Sequence record: SRR2962707_945
Strand: one strand, 5' to 3'
DNA length: 58,599 nucleotides
Shown here piece by piece: positions 27,164 to 37,969 of this stretch (positions are counted from its first letter, which is position 1; every line of letters starts with the position of its first letter). A program made the position numbers and the translations under genes. The notes beneath the pieces were generated by a model. It had not been told where the DNA came from and did no database searches. It worked only from the letters and a program-made list of their open reading frames with translations.

Positions 27164-28645
27164 ATGTCAGAGACAGAAAAAGAAGCAGGCGGAGGTGCCG
27201 CCGCTGAGCAGGTCGAAGTCAGCTTGCTGGACCGCGCTCTTCAAGCAACGGTGCAAACTCCGGAAGATACGACTAAAGAGCTTTTATCAGTCCTTACATC
27301 GCAAGCGATGGAAGGATCTTTGGTTTGGGATCAAAACGTCGGGGTCACAATTCGCAAAGCGGTAGCTGAGATTGACAAACTGATGTCCAAGCAGATGTCA
27401 GCAATCATGCAAAACGACAAATTCCGCGCTTTGGAAGGCTCTTGGCGTGGTGTTCAGAAGGTCGTCAAAGAATCCGATATTGGCGCAGGGCAAAAAATCA
27501 AACTGGTAGATTACAGCAAAGAAGAATTGCTGGAGCAATTTGAAGATGCGCCTGCTGTTGATCGCAGCCCGCTTTTTGAAGCGCTGTATCAGGATGAATT
27601 TGGCACTGCCGGCGGCGAGCCTTATGGCGCTTTGATCGGCGATTACTACTTTGGCAGCGGTGACGAAGACGTCGCATTGCTGACGTATATGGCTGAAACG
27701 GCGGCTGCGTGTCACGCACCGTTCATCGCGGCGGCTGGCGCGGATATGTTTGAGTATAACAGCTTTGAATCATTCGCCGAAGGGCGTCCGGTTGCTGCTG
27801 GTTTTGCGTCGCCTTCCTATGCAGCTTGGAACGGTTTCCGTGACAGCGATGAAAGCCGTTATGTGACGCTAACGCTGCCTTCGACGTTGGCGCGTTTGCC
27901 TTATGGCGCAAATGGCGGCAAGGCTAAATCCTTTGACTATCATGAGCTGAATACAGACATGGCAGGCGATCAGCGGCCAAAGGATAACAGCGAATTGGTT
28001 TGGTCCAACGCTGCTTATGAAATGGCGTTGAAAATGAACCAGGCGTTTACCGCGTTTGGGTGGTGTACAGCAATCCGTGGCTTGGACAATGGTGGTAAAG
28101 TCGACCAGCTTCCAAACTTGGTGTTCAAGTCGGATGCAGGTGATGTGCAGCAGGCGTGCCCTGTTGAAGTGAACCTGACTGATGAGCGCGAGAAAGAGCT
28201 GTCTGACTTGGGCTTCTTGCCGTTGGTGCACTATAAAAATACCAGTCATGCGGTGTTCATCGGCAGTCAGACTGCTCAGCGTCCCAAGACGTTTGTCGAT
28301 CCTGATGCAACGTCCAACGCTGCTATTTCGGCACGTTTACCCTACATCATGGCGGCAAGCCGGATTTCTCATTACCTCAAGGTAATGGGCCGTGACATGC
28401 TTGGGTCAAACCTTGAAGCTGCTGATATCAAGAGCTCTCTGCAGTCATGGATTGACCAATACACCAACCCCGGTGCGATGGGGAATGCAGAACGGTCGAA
28501 AACACCACTGGCTGAAAGCCAAATTGATGTGATCGAACAGCCGGGCAAGCCAGGTGCTTATTCGGCGGTTGCCTATTTGCGTCCATGGTTGCAGCTGGAA
28601 GAGTTGACAACTTCTGTACGCATGGTCGCCAAGATTCCAGGCTAA
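27164..28645 (+). CDS. tssC: T6SS sheath large subunit TssC
   Basis: 'FRALEGSWRG', 'EFGTAGGEPYG', 'HAPFIAAA', 'GWCTAIRG', 'ARLPYI', 'LRPWLQLEEL'. Confidence 0.96.
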   Translation: MSETEKEAGGGAAAEQVEVSLLDRALQATVQTPEDTTKELLSVLTSQAMEGSLVWDQNVGVTIRKAVAEIDKLMSKQMSAIMQNDKFRALEGSWRGVQKVVKESDIGAGQKIKLVDYSKEELLEQFEDAPAVDRSPLFEALYQDEFGTAGGEPYGALIGDYYFGSGDEDVALLTYMAETAAACHAPFIAAAGADMFEYNSFESFAEGRPVAAGFASPSYAAWNGFRDSDESRYVTLTLPSTLARLPYGANGGKAKSFDYHELNTDMAGDQRPKDNSELVWSNAAYEMALKMNQAFTAFGWCTAIRGLDNGGKVDQLPNLVFKSDAGDVQQACPVEVNLTDEREKELSDLGFLPLVHYKNTSHAVFIGSQTAQRPKTFVDPDATSNAAISARLPYIMAASRISHYLKVMGRDMLGSNLEAADIKSSLQSWIDQYTNPGAMGNAERSKTPLAESQIDVIEQPGKPGAYSAVAYLRPWLQLEELTTSVRMVAKIPG

Positions 28646-28655
28646 TGGCAAGCGG

Positions 28656-30059
28656 GTGATTAGCAGTTCATCAACGGAAAACACGGGCTCTCCGGTGCCA
28701 ATGGCATCGGGGGGTTTGTCAGACGAAGATCAAGCGCTTAGCCGCTTGCAGGATCGGTTCCAGACAATTGAGCAACTCACGTCGTTTCTACGGCGTGCGG
28801 TTCTCGATATTGAAAGGGTGCTCAGCAAACAGCTTACCGAGATTATCGAAGCACCTTCCTTTCAAAGGTTGGAGGGGCGCTGGATGGGCTTGGCGAGCGT
28901 TGTTTGGGCCGCAGATGTTTCAAGCAACATTAAAATAAAAATCCTGGACCTGAGCTGGGAGGAATTGTCGCGCGATTTACACTACAAAAACGAAATTCGC
29001 CGATCGGTTCTGTACACGCTTCTGGGCCAAAGAGAGTTAGATACTCTGGGCGGCGAACCCGTAGGCATTGCAATGATCGACCATGGTTTGTCCATGAGTT
29101 TGGATACAGAGTTCGACGATCTCTATACTGCGCAATTGATCTGCAGCATGGCCGAAGCATGTATGTGTCCGATAATTATGGGCGTTTCAGATGATTTTTT
29201 CGGCGAGACCGATGCGGCTTGGTTCACTGACATACGGCGGGTCGATAGTGTTTTACACGGAGACGAGTATCGCGGATGGCAAACCCTTCGGGGCGTCCCT
29301 AACGCGCGGTTTCTAGGGGTCGTTTTGTCGAAAACCCAATTGCGCGGCCGCTACGAAGACAGGGATGTGGGCTTTTTCTACCACCAACAGCCAAGCGAAA
29401 GCCAAGGGCTGTGGGCATCGGGTTGTTACGACTTTTTGCGCACCGTCATTGCAGAATTTCATCGCTGCGCCTGGTTCGGGTTTTTGAAGCTCGTCAGCAA
29501 CAAACCGGGCGTTGGGGCTGTCGTTGGTCCATCGACCCACCCTGTACCTGTTGGCTGCATGCGCAATGCGCGCGCCAATATTCGCATGACGCGCAATCAG
29601 GCACATGCTTATGGGGACAATGGCTTTATGGCTCTGGCCGAAAGTACAAAAAATAACATGCTCTATTTCGTCGGCAATCGCACGGTTACGGATTGCAGTG
29701 GGTCATCGGAAAAAGAGATCGTGACGCAAATGCAATCTGTGATGATTGCTTGCCGGATTGTTCATTATATCAAAGTCCAGATCAGGGCGTTGATAGGTCA
29801 GGTGAAAACTGCCGCTGAATGCGAAGTAATCCTAAACAACTGGTTTGACGCATACGTCTCCCCGTCAAGTTCGTCCCTTGAGTTGCAAGCCAAGTATCCG
29901 CTTCGCGGCGCGCGGGTCAGCGTATCAGATGGCGCATCAGATAGTGCGCGCTTTCAATGCAGTATTGTTGTGCGTCCGCAGTATCAAATTGACAACGTGC
30001 TTGGTGAAATCCAGCTTAGAACGGATTTTGGCACCGGCAGTTCAGGGGAGCCCGCGTAA
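28656..30059 (+). CDS. tssC2: Second, divergent TssC-like subunit
   Basis: 'FQRLEGRWMGL', 'ELDTLGGEPVG', 'CRIVHYIKV', 'KYPLR', 'RPQYQID'; start could be ATG 28701. Confidence 0.85.
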   Translation: MISSSSTENTGSPVPMASGGLSDEDQALSRLQDRFQTIEQLTSFLRRAVLDIERVLSKQLTEIIEAPSFQRLEGRWMGLASVVWAADVSSNIKIKILDLSWEELSRDLHYKNEIRRSVLYTLLGQRELDTLGGEPVGIAMIDHGLSMSLDTEFDDLYTAQLICSMAEACMCPIIMGVSDDFFGETDAAWFTDIRRVDSVLHGDEYRGWQTLRGVPNARFLGVVLSKTQLRGRYEDRDVGFFYHQQPSESQGLWASGCYDFLRTVIAEFHRCAWFGFLKLVSNKPGVGAVVGPSTHPVPVGCMRNARANIRMTRNQAHAYGDNGFMALAESTKNNMLYFVGNRTVTDCSGSSEKEIVTQMQSVMIACRIVHYIKVQIRALIGQVKTAAECEVILNNWFDAYVSPSSSSLELQAKYPLRGARVSVSDGASDSARFQCSIVVRPQYQIDNVLGEIQLRTDFGTGSSGEPA

Positions 30060-30464
30060 ATGAGTTTCGCGACTGCATTTTTGGGTGTCCGCGAGGGTGG
30101 CACCGTAGAGTCTCAAATAGGCTTGAATGTGCAAACATTGCTGCAAGCGATTGCGCCCGAATGGGAAGTCAGCCGCGGACTTGAGAACGTGCGCGCATCT
30201 AATTTATGTTACGGTGTGCCAATGACCTGGGCGATTGGTGACGGCCAAACCAGCACGCAAATGCGGGGTGTATTGCGCGAGCGTTTGAAACGTTTTGAAC
30301 CGCGCTTGTCGGTTCTGTCAGAAATTGAAGTAGAAGAAGATTCCGATCAAAATACCGTCTCGTTTTATATCGTAGGCGGCGTTCATGGAAAGACCGGCAC
30401 CGAAGCTTTCGAGATCGAGACAAAGCTATCGCGCATGGATCAAAACGTTGAAGAGGGTTCCTAG
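30060..30464 (+). CDS. tssE: T6SS baseplate TssE (gp25-like)
   Basis: 'YGVP', 'LKRFEPRL'; position upstream of tssF. Confidence 0.82.
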   Translation: MSFATAFLGVREGGTVESQIGLNVQTLLQAIAPEWEVSRGLENVRASNLCYGVPMTWAIGDGQTSTQMRGVLRERLKRFEPRLSVLSEIEVEEDSDQNTVSFYIVGGVHGKTGTEAFEIETKLSRMDQNVEEGS

Positions 30465-30467
30465 AGT

Positions 30468-32267
30468 ATGGAGCAAATTCTTCAACACTATGAAACCGAG
30501 CTCGACTATATGCGTCGGGCTTTTCAGGAGTTTGAAAAGAGCTATCCGCAAAAGGCAAAGTCTTTGGGGATTTCCGCCGGACGTAGTTCTGATCCGGACG
30601 TCCAGCGACTAGCAGACTCGCTTGCGCTTCATGCGGCGCGCCTCTCCAAGAGGTTGGATGACACGCTTCCCGAGACTGCGCTGGATTTGATCCGGATTCT
30701 AGCGCCTACATTCCTGCTCGGTGCGCCAAGCTATACGGCTGTCAAGCTTGACCCCGGTACCGATGCGTTGGCTGAGAAAACTGTTCTTGCTGCCGGTACA
30801 GAAATGCCAGTGACGATAAAGGGTGATCGGCCCAGTTGCCGGTTTTCGACCGCGCGCGACGTCACATTGCACCCCATCACGGTAAAATCGGTGCGACTAG
30901 AGCGCGCGCCGTTTCGCTTTAGCGCCCCGGAATCTTTGGTTGGATGTGAAACCGCAATATGCGTGACTTTGGCGTCTTTGGATGCCGGGCAGCCCCTCGC
31001 CGAGGTAGGCATTAACGCGCTCGAGCTTTATGTCAGTGCGGAAGGCGCGCGCAAACAGCGGTTGATTGATGTGCTGAGCGGCGAAGTATTTGGCGTGGGC
31101 TATGGGGAAACCGGAGCAGAACGTAGCACGAAAAGTGTGACAAATTTTCTGAGCTCCGACAGTTTTGCCCTGAGCATGACAGAAGAAACACGTACATTCC
31201 TGCCGCGTGAAAAGACCGAAATGGAAGCGCTGGCGCGGCTACGTGATTTTCTGGCCTATCCTGACAAAGCTGCATTTTTCACCTTGTCGGATACGGATAA
31301 CAGCTTTGCCAAGCATGCAGGATCGGAAGTCGAACTTCGGTTCTTTTTGTCCAACCAAGGCGCACAACAAATCAAAGAGTTATCCGATGGGGATTTGTCG
31401 GTGAATGTTGTGCCGACTTTAAACCTGTATCTGGATCAGTCTAGGCCAGCGCGGTACGATTTTACCCGGCTGCAAGTACCGGTAAAGCCGGAAACCAGCG
31501 CCGATATGGACGTGGATTGCTTGCAGATCAGAAGCGTTCGTAAGTTGACCTCGGAAGGGGAACAGCTTTTGCCATGCATCACCTCCGGACAACGGCGGGA
31601 CACCGGCGGTGTTCCGGTCTGGCAGGAACGTTATCAAACAGGTGAGTTTGACGCCGCACGCCGCGAGATCAGTTTTTCGACGTTTGAGGGCCAAGGCAGC
31701 GACCCGGAACCTCTCGATTTTGTTGCAAGCATGTATTGCTCAAATGGCCGCGCGGCCTTTGCGCCAAGACCGGGAACGCAGGTCTTTTTCAACAGCGATG
31801 CGCTGGCAGAATGCCCGTTTTATCTGATCGACGAACCAAGCGCGCCCATTGCGCCAGATGTCAAAATTGATCGTCTTTGGGACGTGCTGTCCATGATCGA
31901 TGGAAACTTTGCGACTATTTTTGACTCGTCCTCTCCTAGTGAGCGGTTGCGCGAGACACTGCATTTGTCGGCCCCTTCGGGGTATGCAGATGCAGCCAAC
32001 GCGATTTGGGATGTGAAGGTGACCCAGTCAATTGCGCCCATTCGCGTGGGGCGTAATATGTTGTTGTCAGCAGGCAGCCAGATCGAAGTGGTTTTGGACG
32101 TTGATGCACTGCCATTCGCGCGTCATGTTTTTGCCAACGCACTGCACTTCTTCTTTGCGGCGATGATCAGCTATGATCGTTTCTTCCAGCTCAAACTACG
32201 CGAGCGGGGTAAGGAAAAGCCATTCAAAGTCTTCCCACGGCAGCACGGTGGGCAAATATGCGGTTAA
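30468..32267 (+). CDS. tssF: T6SS baseplate TssF
   Basis: 'HYETELDYMR', 'DPDVQRL', 'LRDFLAYPDK', 'VPTLNLY', 'CSNG'. Confidence 0.92.
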   Translation: MEQILQHYETELDYMRRAFQEFEKSYPQKAKSLGISAGRSSDPDVQRLADSLALHAARLSKRLDDTLPETALDLIRILAPTFLLGAPSYTAVKLDPGTDALAEKTVLAAGTEMPVTIKGDRPSCRFSTARDVTLHPITVKSVRLERAPFRFSAPESLVGCETAICVTLASLDAGQPLAEVGINALELYVSAEGARKQRLIDVLSGEVFGVGYGETGAERSTKSVTNFLSSDSFALSMTEETRTFLPREKTEMEALARLRDFLAYPDKAAFFTLSDTDNSFAKHAGSEVELRFFLSNQGAQQIKELSDGDLSVNVVPTLNLYLDQSRPARYDFTRLQVPVKPETSADMDVDCLQIRSVRKLTSEGEQLLPCITSGQRRDTGGVPVWQERYQTGEFDAARREISFSTFEGQGSDPEPLDFVASMYCSNGRAAFAPRPGTQVFFNSDALAECPFYLIDEPSAPIAPDVKIDRLWDVLSMIDGNFATIFDSSSPSERLRETLHLSAPSGYADAANAIWDVKVTQSIAPIRVGRNMLLSAGSQIEVVLDVDALPFARHVFANALHFFFAAMISYDRFFQLKLRERGKEKPFKVFPRQHGGQICG

Positions 32268-33214
32268 CAGAGAAACGCTCCCAACGTCTGATCGATATTC
32301 AGCCGGTTCAAGCGGACCGCCTCAAAGATCCGTATTTCGCGCAGGCGCTTGAACGGGGCGCTTTTGATCCGTTTCCCGACGGAACCCAAGCTTTGGGGCC
32401 TGTGCAAAATCGTGGGGCGCTCGCGCGTAACAGTGGCATCACAGAAACCGAAATTCCCGGCGGCGCGTTAAGCGGGTTTGACGGCGCATTGCCAGAACAT
32501 ATCCAAGAGGCTTTGCAGTTCAACCTGCACAATGATGATGATAGCCTAAAGGCATTTCTCGCTATTTTTGATCGCCGTCTGATGCAGTTGGATCTTCGCG
32601 TGCGGCGGGCTGGCGCGCTTGTTGCGACCCAAGATGCGGATGGCCAAGACGCCCCAAGCATTCTTGATCGCATGTTGCGGATGGTGAATAAAAACACCGA
32701 CGATACACGTTATTTTCAGCTGCTTCTTCCGTTTCTTTCGCGGGTGCGCAGCTTGAACGGGCTGCGCGATGCGGTCAGTTGGCTTACGCAGCGTGATGTA
32801 CGGGTTTCGGTGAATTTCGACGCGACCCATCCAATCGACGTTGATAGCCGGACGTATTTGTCAGCGCGCAAATCCGGCAACGCCGGGCTAGGGCAGGGCA
32901 CCCTTTTGGGGCGTTTGGGCCGAACACCAATGGGACGAATTTCAGTTTTTATCGCTTGCACTGATCGCCAAGATTTAGATCGGATTGCAGCAGACTCGGC
33001 GTGGTTGGCCGAGTTGAAAAAGGTGATCACGCTTTTCTTGCGTGATCCAGTACCAGTTACAATTTACGCCGATGTTATGCGGCACATGCTGAGCGCTCCG
33101 ATCTTGTCCTCTAATAAGGGACGTGCTGATCGGCTTGGCGCTTATAATATATTTCAACCGGAGCGTGCGCCTAACCAGCGTGCAACTATTAAATTATCAG
33201 AAGTTTCAATGTGA
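32258..33214 (+). CDS. tssG: T6SS baseplate TssG (divergent)
   Basis: 'LSGFDGALPEH', 'AFLAIFDRRL', 'RSLNGL', 'LGQGTLLG'; overlaps the tssF end. Confidence 0.8.
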   Translation: MRLTEKRSQRLIDIQPVQADRLKDPYFAQALERGAFDPFPDGTQALGPVQNRGALARNSGITETEIPGGALSGFDGALPEHIQEALQFNLHNDDDSLKAFLAIFDRRLMQLDLRVRRAGALVATQDADGQDAPSILDRMLRMVNKNTDDTRYFQLLLPFLSRVRSLNGLRDAVSWLTQRDVRVSVNFDATHPIDVDSRTYLSARKSGNAGLGQGTLLGRLGRTPMGRISVFIACTDRQDLDRIAADSAWLAELKKVITLFLRDPVPVTIYADVMRHMLSAPILSSNKGRADRLGAYNIFQPERAPNQRATIKLSEVSM

Positions 33215-33224
33215 GGATCACGCA

Positions 33225-35786
33225 ATGGCTAGCTTAACAAAACTTGTAACACGACTTTCCCCTCAGCTTCGCGTCTCTTTGGAAAACGGCGTCGGCGAAG
33301 CTATTAAACGCAAAGCAGCGGCGGTCGAAACCAGCCATTGGCTGTTCCATATTCTTTTTGGTAACGATCCTGAATTTCAAGCATTTCTGGAAGACCAAGG
33401 CGTGAACATGAGCGCGCTGCAAGCCGAGATTGAACGGGCCATGCCTGTGGGTTCGGGTGATGGGGGTCAGCAGCCGACTATTTCTGGGTCCGTGACAAAA
33501 CTAATCGAACAAGCGTGGTTGCACGCGTCTATCGAAATGAATTTGGGCCAGATCACGCCAGAAGTGTTTTTGCTGACGACACAGCTACCCAATTCGCTTG
33601 GCGCACGTGCAGAGCCGTTAGAGGCGCTCAAGCCGATGTCCACGGATGCGCTGAAAGCATTCTGCGCTGAACGTGGCAAATCCGTTGCTGCGTCGACGTC
33701 CGGTGGTGGTGCCCAAACCGGGATCACAGGCGACGGTACTGCCCTTGAGAAATATACCATTAATTTGACAGAACGCGCCCGAAATGGCGAATTGGATACG
33801 GTTTTGGGCCGAACGCATGAGGTCGCCAAGGCGATCGACGTGCTGCTTCGCAAGCGTCAGAATAACCCCATTTTATTGGGCGCGCCCGGCGTCGGTAAAA
33901 CTGCTGTGGTCGAAGGTTTGGCCCAGAAGATCGCGTCGGGCGAGGTGCCGGATCAATTGAAGGGCGCAGATCTTGTCAGTCTGGACATGGGGCTTTTGCA
34001 AGCGGGCGCGAGCGTCAAAGGCGAATTCGAAGAACGCCTCAAGAATGTGATTAACGAAGTCCAAGCCTCTGAAACGCCGATTATCGTCTTTATTGACGAA
34101 GCCCACACAATGATCGGGGCAGGGGGCACCGAAGGTCAGAACGATGCGGCCAACCTGTTGAAACCAGCGCTGGCCCGCGGTGAATTCCGTACAGTAGCGG
34201 CCACAACGTTTGCTGAGTATAAGAAATACTTTGAAAAAGATCCTGCCCTATCGCGGCGTTTCCAGCCGATCACCATCGAAGAGCCCGGTCGCGACGCTGC
34301 CATCAACATTTTGCGCGCAGTGGCCGAAGGGCTAAGCAAACACCACAATGTCTTTGTCCGCGAAGAAGCGATCAAGTCAGCCGTCGATCTGTCGGTCCGC
34401 TTTATGCCGTCCCGCCGTTTGCCCGACAAAGCGATCAGCTTGATGGATACGGCCTGCGCGCGGGTTGCATTATCACAACATGCGCGTCCGGCGCAGATCG
34501 AGCAACTGGAAGAAGAGCTGCGTTTTGTCGAAGCGGAATTAGCCAAGTCATTATCCGACGCACGTGTGTTCGGTGAACCCGAGTTCGATCCTACAGAGCT
34601 GAATACCAGCATCGAGGAATTGCAAACGACAGTTGCTGACCGGATTTCGCTGTGGGAAGAGCAAAAAGAGAAAGTCGCAAAACGACTTGAGCTGGCCCGT
34701 GCATCGATGGAAGACGAGTCTGTGACCGCGCCGCTGCCAGACGATGGCGACAAAGATGAAACGGTAATTGTGCATCCTTGGGTGACACAGGAAACCGTCG
34801 CGGAAATTGTTTCCGATTGGACCGGCGTTCCGGTTTCCAACCTTGGGGCCAGTGAAGCGGAACGTTTGCTCACGCTCGAAGATACGCTGAAAGAGCGGGT
34901 CATTGGTCAGGATGCGGCAATTGCTGCGATCTCGCGATCCCTCAAGATTTCGCGCGCGGGGCTTACGGATACGCGCAAGCCGATCGGTGTGTTTATGATG
35001 TGCGGACCGTCAGGTGTTGGTAAAACCGAAACGGCGCTGGCTATCGCGGATCAATTCTTTGGTGGCGAGGATGCGGTCACAACCATCAACATGACCGAGT
35101 TTAAAGAGGCCCATAAAGTATCCATGCTGCTTGGTGCCGCGGCGGGGTATGTTGGCTATGGCAAGGGCGGCGTGCTTACGGAAGCTGTGCGGCGCAGACC
35201 TTATTGCGTCTTGCTGTTGGACGAGATGGAAAAGGCACATCGTGAAATTCACGACATCTTTTTCCAGATCTTCGACAAAGGGCACATCAGCGATAGCGAA
35301 GGCAATGAGGTCGATTTTCGCAATACAATTATCATCATGACGTCCAATGCCGGGGGCGAGGAAATTCGAGATTACATCGATAGTGTCGAACATGACCCTA
35401 AATCAGATGAGCTGAACGCCCACCTGCGGCCGCTGCTTCTTGATTTCTTCAGCCCTGCCTTTATTGGCCGGACCGAGCTGATCGCCTACCGTCCGCTTAC
35501 TGCGGAAGTGGGCAGCAAGCTCACAGAAATCCACCTAAACCGGATCAAAAAGCGTATTCATGCGCAGTACGGCGCAGAATTCAGCTGGGAGCAGAGCTTT
35601 GTCGATTATGTGGTTCATGCCAACAACGATCCGTTGTCGGGTGGCCGGGCGCTCGAAGCGATCATCAACAAAAACTTTCTCCCCAAGCTGGCAGAATACT
35701 GTATCAGCAAAGTCATCGATGGGGCATTGTTAGAAACAATCTCAGTGTCGCATGATGGCAATGAAGTTGTGCTAACTACGGAGTGA
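33225..35786 (+). CDS. tssH: T6SS ATPase ClpV/TssH
   Basis: Two AAA+ modules ('GAPGVGKT', 'GPSGVGKT'), 'RKRQNNPIL', '[12 protein letters not shown]', '[20 protein letters not shown]'. ATG 33225 with GAGGA RBS. Confidence 0.95.
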   Translation: MASLTKLVTRLSPQLRVSLENGVGEAIKRKAAAVETSHWLFHILFGNDPEFQAFLEDQGVNMSALQAEIERAMPVGSGDGGQQPTISGSVTKLIEQAWLHASIEMNLGQITPEVFLLTTQLPNSLGARAEPLEALKPMSTDALKAFCAERGKSVAASTSGGGAQTGITGDGTALEKYTINLTERARNGELDTVLGRTHEVAKAIDVLLRKRQNNPILLGAPGVGKTAVVEGLAQKIASGEVPDQLKGADLVSLDMGLLQAGASVKGEFEERLKNVINEVQASETPIIVFIDEAHTMIGAGGTEGQNDAANLLKPALARGEFRTVAATTFAEYKKYFEKDPALSRRFQPITIEEPGRDAAINILRAVAEGLSKHHNVFVREEAIKSAVDLSVRFMPSRRLPDKAISLMDTACARVALSQHARPAQIEQLEEELRFVEAELAKSLSDARVFGEPEFDPTELNTSIEELQTTVADRISLWEEQKEKVAKRLELARASMEDESVTAPLPDDGDKDETVIVHPWVTQETVAEIVSDWTGVPVSNLGASEAERLLTLEDTLKERVIGQDAAIAAISRSLKISRAGLTDTRKPIGVFMMCGPSGVGKTETALAIADQFFGGEDAVTTINMTEFKEAHKVSMLLGAAAGYVGYGKGGVLTEAVRRRPYCVLLLDEMEKAHREIHDIFFQIFDKGHISDSEGNEVDFRNTIIIMTSNAGGEEIRDYIDSVEHDPKSDELNAHLRPLLLDFFSPAFIGRTELIAYRPLTAEVGSKLTEIHLNRIKKRIHAQYGAEFSWEQSFVDYVVHANNDPLSGGRALEAIINKNFLPKLAEYCISKVIDGALLETISVSHDGNEVVLTTE

Positions 35787-35790
35787 ACCA

Positions 35791-36522
35791 ATGAAATCCC
35801 GCAGATGTGCGCCTTTGGTTACTGCCGCAGTCGTTGCGGTCTTGAACCTGTTCGGCGCGGCGCATCTTAGCGCCCAAGGCGCGCAGCCTCTGCGTTTGGC
35901 GACGCAGGAGTTGCCGCCCTATCAGATGATCGAGGGCGATAGGATGACCGGGATTGCGGTCAGGCGTATTAGATGTGCGCTTGACCGGTTGGATATTTCC
36001 TATGAGCTGTACATGACCACTTGGTCTGAGGCTCAATTGGGCACACAAACCGGTCGCTTCGATGGGTTCTTTGTCGGGTCCTCCAATGCGGCCCGGGCAG
36101 AGTTTTCTGTCTCGTCTATCCCCGTCGTTTCCGAAAGCCTTGCTTGGTATCTCCCTCTCAATTCGGAGATTGATCCAAATGACGCAAAGGATGCATTGCG
36201 GGCGCGGTATGGGGCCAAATTTGCTACGTCGAAATGGCGCTACCTGCATCGCAATGGCTATAATGTCGTGATGCGTCCACGGGATGCGGATTCCCTTTTG
36301 AACATGTTGCTGGTAGGGGATGTGGATGTTGCATTGGAATATGAACTTATTTTCGCACATTTTTTGGGAGAACGGGGTTTGAGCGAAAGTCAGTTTCAGA
36401 AGGTTCCTTTTCGCCGTCAGCACATGGGCGCGCATTTCTCAAAGCGATTTGTCGAGGCAAACCCCCTATTTCTAAAACGGTTCAATGAGAGTCTTCAACA
36501 ATGTCTGGTGGCACTGCAATGA
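35791..36522 (+). CDS. Periplasmic substrate-binding protein (family 3-like) embedded in the T6SS operon
   Basis: Signal peptide; 'LRLATQELPPYQ', 'W..AQ', 'LL.GDVDVAL', 'FSKRF...FN'; 4 bp after clpV and overlapping fha. Confidence 0.82.
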   Translation: MKSRRCAPLVTAAVVAVLNLFGAAHLSAQGAQPLRLATQELPPYQMIEGDRMTGIAVRRIRCALDRLDISYELYMTTWSEAQLGTQTGRFDGFFVGSSNAARAEFSVSSIPVVSESLAWYLPLNSEIDPNDAKDALRARYGAKFATSKWRYLHRNGYNVVMRPRDADSLLNMLLVGDVDVALEYELIFAHFLGERGLSESQFQKVPFRRQHMGAHFSKRFVEANPLFLKRFNESLQQCLVALQ

Positions 36523-37412
36523 CATTAAGTGTTCAACTCATTCAGATCCCGCCGGCCGAAACTGTGCCCAAGCGCGAGTTCTATTTAAATAGCCCGACGA
36601 TCAAGATCGGTCGGGAATTTTCGACCGATATCTGCCTGCCTGATGTTTCAGAGGTCATGTCTCGCGTACATGTAACGATCGAACGGTCGGATGATGGTCG
36701 ATACACTGTCACCGATACCAGTACCAACGGCACCAAGTTGAATAATGATCCGCTAAAACCGCAGGAGCCGCAGCCCGTAAACGACGGGGATATCCTGAGC
36801 TTTGCGGGATATCGGTTGCTGATGGGAATTGTGCAAACAACCGCCACAGATGACGTTATCGAGTTTGTTCCAGAGCGGACTTTTGATCAGGAGACAGACA
36901 TTTCCAGCGATGCGCCAATCTTGCCGGATCATGATATTGAAGAGATGCCAGTAGACCCCGATACAGGTTTTTCGCAGACCGAATTGGATTTAGATGCTGA
37001 TCTTTTGTTTGATCCTTTCGCTGAGGGCCCCGAAATAAGAGCGTCGGCCGAAGCTGAGGTAGCCGAGGGCCTCAGAAAAGAAGTGGCCATGGAAATCGAC
37101 GTTTCTGAAAAATCTCAGGTATCCAAGATGCCGGCACATCCTAGTGCGACCGACCTTCAGGATATCTATGCCCGCGCGGGTATGCGTCGTGAAAACGTTG
37201 CCCAGGCTATGGAACGCGCGCTAGAGAAGTTTTTAAACGAATTAGACCCTAATCTGCTGCAAGAGGACTATGACGATTACATGCCCTTATTCGGCAATCG
37301 GAAAAAGCGATACTGGGCGATCCACCTACGCCAATTCAACAAAAAGCGCAGCAACGGTGAGTTTCGTCGTACGTTCATGTCTCTCTTCGCAGAAGAAATG
37401 CGCAAACTATGA
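36519..37412 (+). CDS. fha: T6SS FHA-domain protein (Fha/TagH-like)
   Basis: FHA motifs 'IGR', 'SRVH', 'DTSTNGT', 'DGDIL'; acidic linker; C-terminal 'LNELDP...YW' domain. Confidence 0.88.
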   Translation: MTLSVQLIQIPPAETVPKREFYLNSPTIKIGREFSTDICLPDVSEVMSRVHVTIERSDDGRYTVTDTSTNGTKLNNDPLKPQEPQPVNDGDILSFAGYRLLMGIVQTTATDDVIEFVPERTFDQETDISSDAPILPDHDIEEMPVDPDTGFSQTELDLDADLLFDPFAEGPEIRASAEAEVAEGLRKEVAMEIDVSEKSQVSKMPAHPSATDLQDIYARAGMRRENVAQAMERALEKFLNELDPNLLQEDYDDYMPLFGNRKKRYWAIHLRQFNKKRSNGEFRRTFMSLFAEEMRKL

Positions 37413-37969
37413 AAATGCGTACTATCCAGCTTGGCGTTTGTTTATGCGCGCTGCTTTTTGCTCTTGGTGCCTGTGGCGACGCGAACAAAAAGAAGGGGCC
37501 AATCAACAAAACCATTTGGGTCGAAGCTGGCCCGAATGTGAACCAATATAATGATTCAGCGAACCCTATCGTTGTGCGCATCTACCAACTCAGCTCTCGG
37601 ACCGAATTTGAGGCGGCATCGTTTTGGGGAATTTTCAACAATGATGCCCCTGATCTAGCAGGTGCCATCCTTGATAAAAGATCGTTGTCGCCACTCTATC
37701 CGGGCGAAAAGCGTTTGGTCGCATTCGACCTTCAGCCCGATGTTTTCTATCTGGCAGCTTTTGCAGAGTTTTCGAATTACGAAACTCAGCAGTTCAAGAC
37801 CGTCGTGCCGATGAGTCTGGACCGGTTGGATAACGGCGTCACTATTTCCGTTGCCTCGTCTGGTGTATCAATCCAATTCCGCAAATCCGAAGATTCAAAA
37901 GAAGACTCGGAGAGGAAGCCCGGGTTCTTCTCCAAACTGATGGCGAAACTTTTCAAAGGAGGCGAATAA
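37409..37969 (+). CDS. tssJ: T6SS lipoprotein TssJ
   Basis: Lipobox 'LGAC', 'NPIVVRIYQL', 'F..ASF', 'LYPGE'. Confidence 0.92.
   Translation: MKMRTIQLGVCLCALLFALGACGDANKKKGPINKTIWVEAGPNVNQYNDSANPIVVRIYQLSSRTEFEAASFWGIFNNDAPDLAGAILDKRSLSPLYPGEKRLVAFDLQPDVFYLAAFAEFSNYETQQFKTVVPMSLDRLDNGVTISVASSGVSIQFRKSEDSKEDSERKPGFFSKLMAKLFKGGE

Noticed and set aside
34136-34903. 255-aa Ser-rich minus-strand ORF
   Set aside because: Antisense shadow of clpV.
33225-35786. ClpB chaperone
   Set aside because: ClpV-type motifs and position within the T6SS operon.
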